Shown here piece after piece: positions 13,762-25,999 of a stretch of 64,000 bases of DNA. The notes below the pieces were generated by a model. That model had not been told where the DNA came from and ran no database searches. It worked only from the letters and a program-made list of their open reading frames with translations. Made by a program: the position numbers and the translations under genes. Origin of the DNA: Paramecium tetraurelia (Eukaryota); assembly GCA_000165425.1 (NCBI GenBank), contig CT868656.1:1-64000 (forward strand), in the 5' to 3' direction. Numbering within the stretch: the first letter of the stretch is position 1; every line of letters starts with the position of its first letter.

Positions 13762-14257
13762 ATGGAGTTAGCTATCATCATGAGTTAGTTTCAATAAGCT
13801 ATATACTAATTGTAATGCGCATTGCGTAAAAATAAAGAAAACGATATTATGAAATCCATGTTGAGGATCATATTCGCTAATGATATCTACGAAGTCGATT
13901 AAGAATAAGTCAAACACTTGGAGAAGACCTTCTATTTGGACACTGATACAGCTAGCATTCTTTCAATCTTATTGAGCTCATTTTAGACAAATGGTAATCA
14001 TTATAATTTTTACATTAGGATTCCCAGAATTAGAAGATTATCTAAATCTATTGTTGTATCGCATAGATTGTGGAATTTGTTTATTAGAATGTCATTCTTC
14101 CTATTCTTCCAGTCCACTTCAATTTTACTCGAAATATGAAGTAAATGAAAGAATACAAAAGGAAGAATGCATCAAAAAGAAAATCAAAAAGTAAAAAAAG
14201 AAACGCTCATCCAACCCATCAAATAATGATAATTAATGTAATAAAAGAAAAGATTGA
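13762..14257 (+). CDS. Small hypothetical protein with basic C-terminus
   Basis: MELAIIMSQF...; one 25-nt intron (gtaatc...cattag); Lys-rich tail KKKIKKQKKKR. Confidence 0.65.
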
Positions 14258-14362
14258 GTTACTTACTATTTTTAAATTTTATTAGCATAACAAAATAATA
14301 TATACAAATATTATTATAATAATGATATTCCGTAATTGTGATTGTCCATACTATAAATATAA

Positions 14363-14944
14363 ATGAAATACGAACACTCAGATAAAATAGAAGAATAAAC
14401 AATCAAACTCGAAGAACTCATAACTCAAGTCCAATAAGATTTACAAGAAATAGAGTAATACAAAAATAATTGTTAAAACAAATGCTAATATTGTTAACTG
14501 GTTCATAACACTTAAAATATGTCATTTAAGAATTGCATCCAAAACTTATTCTAGAAATCCAAATAACTAATAAACAAATACGAATCAAATCAAAATAGAA
14601 CTGTTTTAATCAATAGATTCAGAAGCAGGAAACAACTATTACTAAAATTTTATAAGAAGAGATCCTAAGAAGGTTGGTTGATTCAGCAAATCTAAAAATG
14701 GAATGAGTTTCTAAAGAGTTATGAGAGGACAAGATTTTACCCTGGAAAAATGGCAATACATTAGAGATGGACCTTCTATGTGATAAAGGTGTATCATTGT
14801 CAGTATTGTTTTAAAGAATTCAAGTCAACCTACCGAACTAAATATCACATGAAAAAGCATTGCAGAAAACGGTCAATTCTATTTGCAGAGAAGGAACCAA
14901 TAGTTAAGAATAAAATCATGAAGACTATCTTTAAATAATTCTGA
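14363..14944 (+). CDS. Single zinc-finger protein (C2H2/C2HC type)
   Basis: Intronless table-6 ORF with YHCQYCFKEFKSTYRTKYHMKKHC. Confidence 0.75.
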
Positions 14945-15028
14945 TTATAATTAATTACAAAATATTATATACATTACTCATATTATAAATTATGGAAAAT
15001 TTTCTTAAGGATTGGATAATAAAATATA

Positions 15029-15529
15029 ATGCAATACAACAGTGATTCGAGTGTAGAAATCATTTTAATTGAGAATGAAAAGTCAAATAGTTTTAGAGAG
15101 TCAAAAAATAACAAAGCTTAGATAAAGAAGTTATTTCAACAAGGAATGAATTTGATTAAGAAGGATGAGGTTCTAAAGGGTAGTCCGTAGATTTATGAGT
15201 TGGCCAAGAGGAAACTTATAAGTTGGAAGAAGCATTTGAAAGGGCTGTTGAAATAGCATAAGGATGAGAAGATCGTTGAACTGTTGGAGAAGAAGAGGAA
15301 GGCTTTGAGTTAGTATGAAAGGAGTGGAATTCATCCTGATGTTGTAGTGAAGAAGGGATATTGGGTTGTTTTCATGGAGTACAGATGGGAGTGTAGGAAA
15401 TGCAAGAGATAATTCATGGAGAATAAATACGCCAAGAAACATATGGCAATAAGGTGTTTTAAGGGGGAATCTAATCAAAAATCAGAAGAGAAATAAGTTA
15501 TAATAAAGAAGATATTCAAGAGAGCGTGA
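15029..15529 (+). CDS. Single zinc-finger protein (C2HC-like), diverged paralogue of 14363-14944
   Basis: Intronless ORF with WECRKCKRQFMENKYAKKHMAIRC. Confidence 0.7.
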
Positions 15530-15579
15530 TAAATGTGAATTGTTTAGTTAAATTTGATATAGTTATTAAAACAATTAAA

Positions 15580-18236
15580 ATGAAACAGACAAGAGTTCAA
15601 TCTGCTGCTACAAATTCTCGTCTTCGAGATAATCATTATGATCCTAAGGTGCACGCTAAGGCTTGGATTGCTCCAGGTACATGTTGAAATTTAAATTAGG
15701 AATCTTTAATTAACTACCTAAGTATGAGCATTTAGATTCTGGTCTAGTGGTCATTCATTAGAAGAATAACAAAATGAAAAAGTTTAAGGAATTGTCTGAA
15801 TTAAACTAAGAGATTGAGTAAATGCAACAGAAAGATGAATTCAGAAAGTTTAAGGAGTTTGAGAATCTATATAATGGCGATTTGGTTGTGACAATTGAAT
15901 ATTGGTATACATTTGAGTAACAGTCAATAGTACAAATTGTGCTCAGCATGCAGGTTCAACTAGACATGACGAAGAGAAATATTATACATTCGCCACCAAT
16001 TTAAAATAGGAACTCATTTAGTAATATCCAACAGCTAAAGTTTACTTGAAACCATTGATTTATGATCCCCATGATAATTCAATAGACACCCTCTATATTT
16101 AAAGGCGAATTGGAGCATTTGAAGTACAGGTCTGCTCAAAGAATAGAGATCAAGTTAAAAAAGGGTTACTATTTTCCAAGTTGAATACTAAGATGTGGCC
16201 AAACTACACAGAAGTCATTGAAAGAGTCAGTGATTATTTGAACACTGCTCCATTGGAAATTTATGTCAGCTTTGGTGAGAACATCACTGGCAATCTAAAT
16301 AACATTGAAGTCGCTCTGATTCCACATAGACAAGACAGACCATAATCAAGTTCTCACGGATATCTTCACAGACCAAAAGAACCAATAGAACTGCCACGAA
16401 AGAAAGAAAAATCATTGCTAAAACTAATAATCAAGGGTACATCAAATTATAAGATGTTCCTGTTGATGTATATGTTGTTGAAGTGCAAGAATCTAATGAT
16501 TATCTTAATGAACAATTGTTATTGAACATGGTCGAAATGGCTGAACAAAGTAATGATACAATACAAGTTGTTATTAAACTGAGAAAACAAACTCATTCAT
16601 ATTTGGACTTTAAAATATTTACTTAATAGGGTTCGAATATAACTGAAGCCAAAATTACTATAACAAATCTTCAAACGCAAGAAAGTATGTTATCAAGAGA
16701 AATCGAACCTGGCAGATATGAAGCCATCTTAGAACCTAATTAATACGCTTTCACTATTTAAAAGAGAGGTTACAAAGAATTAAGTCAAAATTTTGATGCA
16801 GTTTAAGGAGTCAATGAATTTAAATTGATCCTTGAAGTAGATCCAAATGATCAATAACCAATTAAGCCACCTTAGTCAGCCAAATAATTATAACCAATAC
16901 AAAAACCAAGTAGTGCAAGACCAACTAGTGCTTAAAGATCATAATAGGGTAGTAATACTAATCAATCTTAATTATAAATGAGTAAATAATAATAATAGCA
17001 ATAACAACAACAACAACACTAATTATAATAGTAATCATAGTTACCACCTAAACCAAAGTCTTAATAATAGTCTATGCAATCTTATGAGTAACCTGAATAT
17101 ATGGAACCAACTAAATAAGAAGCTATATCAAATCCTAATAGACCTATTTCAGGTTATAAATCTACATAGGTTTTTATATATGATCCATACACTAATTTAC
17201 CAATCGAGGGAGTTTAAGTCATTTTGAATGAAGAATCTACAAAACAAGCATAGACATATGTAACCGATCAGGAAGGAACTTGTAGAATAATTTTATAAGG
17301 TGTCTTGGAAGGGAAAATGGTGATTTAAACGTATTCTATTATTTTTAATTGTTTTTAGTGAAGGATACTTCCCAATAGTTGAAGAGTATGGAACAACATA
17401 ATCTAAAATGAATTTGTATCAATTGAGAGAATTGTCATTTCCTTTGATTCAACATCTGGAGGACAAGAATTCAGTTATGATTTTAGTTTAAACCAATGTA
17501 GAAGTGATGCCAATAGACATCAAGATGATTCTACCTGATAACGTGCAGATTGATTAGAGTCATCAGAACGTACTGTATGACTTGAATGATGAATCTGGAT
17601 GCTAAAGAATTATAGTACATGATCTTCATACGAGAAAAGGTGTGTATAGAATCATTGCAGACATAATTGAACCTGATTATGTACACCCTCAACATTTGAA
17701 AGTGTACATCATAACAAACAAAGATTTGAAATTAGTTGATGTCCCCAAGACCATTAATTAAGAGTAGATCTATTGGGATATTGGTGTAATTTGTGGTAAT
17801 ATATACAATTCATTAATTAATAGCTCCAAATTCTGGATTTCTGGAGATCAACACTCCCACTGATGAAATTTTGAAGAGGGATAAATACCTCAAGGATTAT
17901 CAGAGTTTGTTGCAATTCTTGAAGAATTCTAAGAATATGGATCTTAAAACCATCTTGGGATTCAATGACAAGGAGAGACTCGAATTACAAGGAGATGTCT
18001 TTGTGTAGAAAGATAAGATTAAAAACACTCTTGATAAGTATGGGTTCGAAGCAATCACTAATCTTGATTATTTGATATATTCAGCCATGATGTCTAATGG
18101 ATTGTACAGTTTCAAAAGACTGGAGTAGAAGTTTGGCAATCTAGATTTTGAGTTCATATTTGATGATGAGAATTCAACTAGTAAACAGAAGGAGATGAGT
18201 GAGGATGAACCTTATGATGATGATTATGATATATGA
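15580..18236 (+). CDS. Rdx (SelW/SelT/SelH-like) fold protein fused to carboxypeptidase-regulatory/prealbumin-like beta domains and a Q/P/S-rich linker
   Basis: VTIEYCTNC (split by intron 15905-15930), RIGAFEVQV, LLFSKLNTKMWP; later KTNNQGYIKLQDVPVDVYVVEV and YAFTIQKRGY; apparent 1-nt frameshift between ~16340 and 16400. Confidence 0.75.
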
Positions 18237-18254
18237 AATTATTATTAAATTAAA

Positions 18255-21200
18255 ATGACTGATAAATTATATACATTTTCGACTCTATTTGGTAATGTTA
18301 ATAACTGATAACTTATAGAATACAAATATGAAAACGTAAATCCAAAAGGTAACTATGTTTAAAGATTTCAATCGAAAAACAGGAAGATCACTTCTAATCG
18401 CCCAGATTATGAATTGCCCAATAACTCAATCCAAACCAGTAAATACACCATAATCAACTTCATTCCAAAACAACTATATGAGCAATTCTCTAAATTAGCA
18501 AATATCTATTTTGTGGTAATACAATAATGTTACAAGTAGATTATAGGAGCTCTGCAAATGATTCCAGAAGTTTCAATCAGTTCTGGAGTTCCGACAATTT
18601 ATCTACCTCTAGGCTTTATTATCCTGATAAGTGGAGCTAAGGATTTCTATGAGGATTACAAACGTCGTATATCTGACAATGAAGAAAATAGACAACCTAT
18701 TTTAACCTACGATGGTTACAAATTTGTGTCCATACCCTCAAGTTCACTTTATGTGGGTTAGATCATAAAAGTTCATTAAGACGAAGTCGTGCCTGCTGAC
18801 ATCCTCATACTCAGAAGTAGTGAGCAGAAGGGTATCTGTTATGTTGAAACCAAATCATTGGACGGAGAAACAAATCTTAAATAAAAGAATGTACACATAG
18901 ATCTATTATAAACTTATACCTCAGATGACTGCTTTGGTTAGGAGGATAAGAGAATTATTTTAAAATACTAGGCACCCACTCCTTATCTTTATTAGTTCAT
19001 AGGAGAAACAACCAACTCATAATAGAAGGTGTCTGCTATGAATTTCAATAATTTCATTCTCAGAGGGTGCAATCTAAGAAACGTCAAGTATGTTTTTGGA
19101 TTGGTGACTTATACAGGGAAGGACACCAAAATAATAATGAATTCAACCAGAGCAAGGTCTAAACGAAGCAAATTGGAACAGCAAATGCAGAAATTCATAC
19201 TCATAATCTTTTTAACCCAATTAATCTTGTGCATAGTGGCATCCATCGTTTATGCAATATCGTTTTATAATAAAAGGAATTAATTAAGTTATTTATATAT
19301 AGAGCCTTCTGATAATGAATATAACATAGCTTATAACTTCTTTGTTAGATTTGGTAATTGGATACTCATCTTTACAAATTTTGTGCCGATATCTTTATTG
19401 GTCACATTGGAGATGGTGAAGTTTATTCAAGGCAAATTTATGACTTTGGATGAAAGATTAAATTAACCTAAAGTACAATCATCAAATTTGAATGAAGAAA
19501 TGGGTTAAGTAGAACATATATTTTCAGACAAAACTGGTACATTAACGTGTAATATTATGGAATTTAAATAAATAATCATGTATTAAATTCAATAAATCTA
19601 ATAAGAGGTAATTAAAATTATGGTGATGTAAATGAAAATTAAGAGGATTACTTAAGCAACGATGAAATACTTTCATATCCACAAGTTACGAATGTAGATT
19701 TTAGAGATAAAAAGCTTATAGAGGCAATCTAAGATGAGAATCACTTTATGCACAAATAAGTGAAAGATTGTCTATTAATGCTAAGCATTTGTCATACTGT
19801 GATTGCTGATTTGAAAGATAATAAATTAATATATAATGCCACATCTCCAGATGAATTGGCTTTATTGAATTTTGCTAGATTTGTGGGATTTGAATTTTTG
19901 GGTACTGATGAGAATGGAATAAAGAGAGTGAGATATCAAAATGACATCCTGGAATTCCAATTGTTGGAGGTATTTGAATTCACTTCTCAACGAAAACGAT
20001 AATCTATAGTGGTATAGATGAGAAATTCAAAGGATAATATCATATTGTATTCGAAGGGAGCAGACTCAATTCTATTATCAGAGACAAAGTTGTCTAAGAA
20101 GGAATTGCAGAGTGAGGATTACCATAATCTGGAAAACAAATTGCTTGATTATGGCAAGGTTGGATTAAGAACATTGGTTCTATGCAAAAGGACAATAGAT
20201 ATTTAGACATATTAAGAATGGAACAAGAGGTATTAAGAAGCAGCATAGAGTCTTGAAAACAGAGAAGAGAGAATGTAAACATTATAAGATGAACTAGAAA
20301 AGAATTATGAAATCTTGGGAGCAACAGCAATAGAAGACAAACTGCAATAGAATGTAGCAGAGACAATATCAGCAATTAAATAAGCAGGAATTAAGGTATG
20401 GGTCTTAACAGGAGATAAGATAGAAACAGCGATAAACATAGGATACTCTTGTCAATTACTCACAAATGAATTGGTGTAACATGTAGTCGATGAAAAAATG
20501 GAATCACTTGTAGTGGAGAAGTTGAATGAGACAATAGGCTTGATTAGTAAGTAACCACATAATTAACATGCCCTAATTATCTCAGGAGATGCCTTACTGC
20601 ATTCTTTGAAACCACATATTCGCAAAAACATGATTCAGATAGGCGAATCATGCAACGTAGTATTGTGTTGTCGTGTAAGTCCAAAGTAGAAATAGGATGT
20701 AGTTACATTGATTAGGAATCAAAAGAAGAATGTGTGTACTTTGGCTATTGGAGATGGAGCCAATGATGTAAATATGATAACAGCAGCACATGTGGGAATA
20801 GGCATCAGAGGAGTGGAAGGACAATAAGCATCTAGAGCTGCTGATTATAGTGTATAAGAATTCCAAGAGTTGAGAAGACTATTGTTTTACCATGGAAGGG
20901 AATGCTATAGGAGAAACAGTACTTTAGTGTGTTACACCTTCTATAAGAACATCTTGGTTGTGCTTCCGCAATTTTGGTATGGAATCTTATCGATGTACTC
21001 TGCTTAATCCTTATATGACACATTCATTTATTAGCTATTCAACATATTGTATGCAGCCTTGCCAATCATGATCTATGGAGTCTTTGATGAAGAACATGAT
21101 TCGGATGCTCTAACCGAAAATTCTCAATATAACTATTACGAATAAGGTCCTTAGGGTAAACTATTCAATCTTAAGATATTTCTATTTTGGGTGTTCCAAG

Positions 21201-21826
21201 GATTGTGGCAGACATCCATCATTTGTTTCTTTCCTACTTTCTGTATGTCATCCAACTTCATCGATGATAATGGATACATGCAACATCTGTGGGCTTAAGG
21301 CACAATGATTTTTGGATTAGTTATTGTTGTTTGCAATCTAAAAGTCCTCATATTCTCAAATGTTTACACTCCCGCTTTATTAGTAATAATGATTATTATT
21401 CATTTTAGGGAAGCATATCTTTTAGTATGCTCTCGTATTTGATTTCCTGGATTATATTGGATAATATCAGTCAGGCTGAAGCTTATGTTGTTTTAGAGAG
21501 GTATGATTAAATATTTTATTTGTAGTTTATTTGCAACTCCGAACTTCCATTTTGGGAATGTTCTAGTTATTGTAACCATTGCGGCCATTGATTCGGCTAT
21601 CAATTTGAAGTTAAGGAAGATGATGATTGCCTCGAAAAAGAAGAATCAACCGATTTATTAGCAACCAGAGAAGAATGAACAAATAATCAAAGTGATTAAT
21701 AGAGCCAATACTGGATTCGCATTCAATTATTTGGATGTAGATGAACTTGAAAATCAAGAAAAAATTGAAGTATATAACCTAGAAAATTAAGTGGTCCCAG
21801 AAAACTTTAATAACAATATATATTGA
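18255..21826 (+). CDS. P4-type ATPase, phospholipid flippase
   Basis: [29 protein letters not shown] phosphorylation site, [34 protein letters not shown]. Confidence 0.97.
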
Positions 21827-21869
21827 TTAATGTTATATTGTATTGTTTTAGTATTTAAAATTATTCAAT

Positions 21870-22973
21870 TCAAATTCTTGATTACTATCTTATAATGACA
21901 TTCAGTCGAGCATTTTCATCAATATAATAATTTAATTAATTTTTTAAATTCTCTATCAAATACATATTCTTTTATTCATATATTAAACCCTACTATATAT
22001 GAGAAAACTCTTCAGAAATCTTCTTCAATTCATTCTTCAATTACTCTATCTCCTATTCCTATTTCACCTACTATTACTCCATCTATTTCTTTAATTCATA
22101 CTCCTTCTGTATTACACTATGTAATCTATCATTCTCCATACAAAGCATCAAATATCTCTACTGCAATTATTGCAAGGGCATCAATTGCTATTAAGATTGC
22201 AATTTGACTTTCAAAGAGTCAACCTCAAACTTCAATTGAGTAACTTATTGTTGTGATTGACTCAAGCTCTGACTAGTTGCATGTATTTACTAGGTCTTAT
22301 GTGTTATTTCATCCTATAATTCCTTATTAAATTTATCAATGATCTAATATTATTGATCTTTTTGTTAAGTCATAAATTACACCTTCTGATTTATGGTATT
22401 TAAAGTGTTTCGAATTTCTTGATTCTCCAAATTCTTCTCTTCCAATATTGCCTTGAACTTGAAGATTTCTTAGTCTTTTACTTATAATTATTACCTGAGC
22501 AATTGAGTTTCATCCTGATTTTTATTTTGAGAATGACATTAAGATTCCAATTGATGATGCAAATCCTTGATTACTTCTTATTTTATTTTAATTTCCTTCA
22601 ATTGTTATTCAGACACTTTGGATATCTATTCCAATTCGTTCACCAATCTTAGTTGATCCTAATACATCTTGTCATAACTGTGTTTGAGATTCTCGTAATC
22701 AATTGCCTATTAATTGATCTGATCCTTCATTTTTTAATTGTGCTATATCAATATTTTTATCTCTTTCTCTTTCTCCGGATCACTAGTATTCTACCTCTTC
22801 TGCTGTTACTCATTCCCTTTAGAAAATTGAGGTTATGATGGACTGAAATGCTATTGAGTTGATGGACTTATTCTCAACGGAGAAAAGATGTTTTCTTTTC
22901 TGTGCATTAATGGCATTATCTATTAAGATGGCTAAAAGACAAGCCTTCTCTCAATTGGGGCTGTGTATTACAT
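21870..22973 (-). CDS. Coiled-coil hypothetical protein
   Basis: E/Q/K/L-rich table-6 frame from MQYTAPIERRLVF to ...IRQQSRI-TGA. Confidence 0.7.
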
Positions 22974-23068
22974 TTTCTGTTAAATATTTTAATCTTAAAT
23001 AAATAATATATATATTGTTATATTAGAAAGTTCTCTACAACAATTTTAGATTTAATTTATAAATAAAG

Positions 23069-25420
23069 ATGGAGATTGAATTAACCAATCAGACTCAATC
23101 CTCCAATTGCAGCCGAGAATTAGATAAATCAGAATTTAGAGATACTTTTAATATTTTCTAAATCCCTCCCAACTTCGAATTAGCCATAGCACATAGGGTA
23201 TACCAAATGGATGATTATGTAGAAATCCACCTATGTACAAGAATTAAATAGCAATGGCGAAATATGCCCTTGCTGTGGCAGAACAATAGCAACCTCAACT
23301 TTGCCAATTTCAATTGATTTAAAAGTAATATCCTCTCCCGGAGATGGGGCTTCCACCTACTTCTTACTACTAAAGATCTTTATCATTTTATTTTCGATTG
23401 ATTTGTAATCCCTATAAAAGTAATAATAGATTTATTTTTGGTTTATATTCAATCATTACAAATACAATCGGCTTTTAATGCAAGATGAGTAGGATTTGTG
23501 CTAAGAACTTTATCACCTTTACTTCAACATTAAACAGGAATACTTCAATGTATCTAATTCATCAATCCCTAGAACCACTGACATCTTCTATTCACTATTG
23601 TAAGTCCTGAGTTAAGCTTCAATGTTAGGATATATCATTTGGTATGCATACACAGATGAATACTTTAAGTAGATGCTGGTACTAAACGATGAACTTATAA
23701 TCGCAGGATTAACATAATTTTAAGAAGTCGAGGAATCTGTCATTACTCTTAATAAATCTGAACTCTTAGATAAATTTCAAGTTTAAAGTCTAGATTCTTT
23801 GTGTTTTGTCTATAAGATGAATCACTTTAAAAAGGAGATCCAAAAGTAGATCTTAAAGAGAGTTAAATAAGATGGTCTGTAAGATTGAATACTAATATTA
23901 TTAGAAACTTGATTGACGCTATTTCACAGACTTGTAATTTGTAACATGTATTGAGAGATTTCTTAAATGAATAAACTTATTTCCAATCTGCTACTGCACT
24001 CTTTATTACAAAACCCATGATTCAGAAAAACTAAACAGAAAGATCCTACTTTGTTGGAGGCTATAATGTAAGACCAAGCGATGTAAACTGGTTAGTCAAT
24101 TAATCAGGTTAGAAATCAAAAACTTGCAGTTGGATTTTGATAATCAGTGGATATGTGATTCAAGTATTAATTGCTAATTTAATTCTTACTCAATTAACAC
24201 TATTAAATGAAAACGAAGATTCTACTGAAAATGGGAATTAAGTCTTAGGAAAAGGATAAGAAATATTATAGTCATTATTCATAACAATAGCCATCATCTT
24301 CATCAATGAATTCATGATTATGTCAATTAAACCATTGATAGGTCTATTGAATCTGCCATCCTAACACAACACCTAGATCTTTGTTATGCTGATGCTCTCT
24401 ATCTTCTATTTTATACTGTAAATGTCCATCGTTGTTGATTTAAATCTACAATAAAAACAAGGAAACATGCAAAATGAAATGTGGAAACAAGGTGGAGCTT
24501 TGGAAACATACTTTTCAATTTCTATAGGAAATGGGTTATCTGCCTTATCAGAAACCTTCTTTGATGCTGAATATTTCCTACATATACTCTTAAGAAAATG
24601 GCATTATTATCGAATGAAAAAATGTAAACTAGTTTAATATGAATTGAATTAACTTTATGAAAAAGAAAGCCTAACTTGGACTGATAAAATTGCTTTTATG
24701 AACTTTTTGATCTTTGCGAGTATTCTCTTTAGCTAATTTCTCCCCATTTGTCTACCTGCATGCATTATTGTCCTGATATTAACCTACTACTTATAAAAAT
24801 ATCTATATTTGAATCGCTACTCAAAATCAAATGACAATAAATATAATCCTCATATCATAGTGTAACTTCCCTTCTACATGATCCTGTTAAATCAATTTGC
24901 CATCATCTAAAGTATGGTTCAATATTTCCTAATTGGAAAAAGACCTGTTGATTTAATAGAGAATACTGAGTCAAATGATTTATCCATGGGTCATACTGAT
25001 ATCATCTGGCTAACAATCTAAATAGTCATTTTATTTACTATTTATTTCATCCAAAAATTGTTTTTTAAAAAGCACAAAGCCCTATCTTAGCATTAAAGTA
25101 TTCGACTAAGCGAATCTGACCTAGATTAATTCAAAACACTTGATATAAAACAACTAGTATCAATATTGTAATTTTAGGGTTTCGTTGCAAATAATCCATT
25201 AATGAATATTGGAAAAATAGAAAACTTTATTGGAAGGAAGTATGAAGAACTTACTAATGATGAACTCAATAATTATTTATAAAGCATGAAACATTCCCCA
25301 TAGGATTAGTTTTTGTAATCATTGTCTGTAGACCTATATAATAAATTATACAAAAAGTAAATTCTATTTTAATTTAAGAATTAACAAAATTATTAAAATA
25401 TAACCTTCTGCCATAATTGA
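23069..25420 (+). CDS. OSCA/TMEM63 (CSC1)-like multi-pass channel
   Basis: IPPNFELAIAHR...CPCCGR...GDGASTYFLLLK N-terminus; RPSDVNW (resembles PxDIxW); LVQYELNQLYE...PICLP...YYLQKYLYL; about 9-10 hydrophobic segments. Confidence 0.65.
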
Positions 25421-25457
25421 TTGAATTATTGTTTTTATATTTATTTATTTAATTTCT

Positions 25458-25477
25458 TATATATATATATATATATT
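25458..25477. repeat. (TA)n microsatellite
   Basis: About 10 consecutive TA units just 3' of the channel gene. Confidence 0.85.
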
Positions 25478-25999
25478 TATAAATCAATTCTTCGAATTTT
25501 TGAAGTATTTGCAAAATTTTGATGATGATGCCTTTAATTGTTTTACTATTTACGCTTTTAATTGCATCCTCCTCAAAAGAAAAATAAAAAATTAAAATAA
25601 GCACAAAAAAAATAACCAATTTTATTTAAAAATTGTTATCCCCTAAATGATCACCAATTTAATTTATGGTTATCCTGCATCGAGCTTAAGATACCTAATT
25701 CTCAGCCACCAAGGTAAATGTGTCATTTTCAAAAAGCTGACTCTATGTATCAAATTTATAACCTAATTCTCCAAAATATATTTAACTAGCATTTGCTTAA
25801 AATACGTATAAATGTGTAGTATTAAAAGGATAATAAAAATCATTATTCCATCTGATTGCCCCAAAATAATCAATAAAATTTAGAGGCTCTTTTAAATCAT
25901 AGAAGTAGGCTTTATTTTAGTCTGATATTAGAATAAGGTAATTTTTATTATAAAAATATAATTTCAAATGATTTCCCAATCCATGCCTAAGTAATTTGT

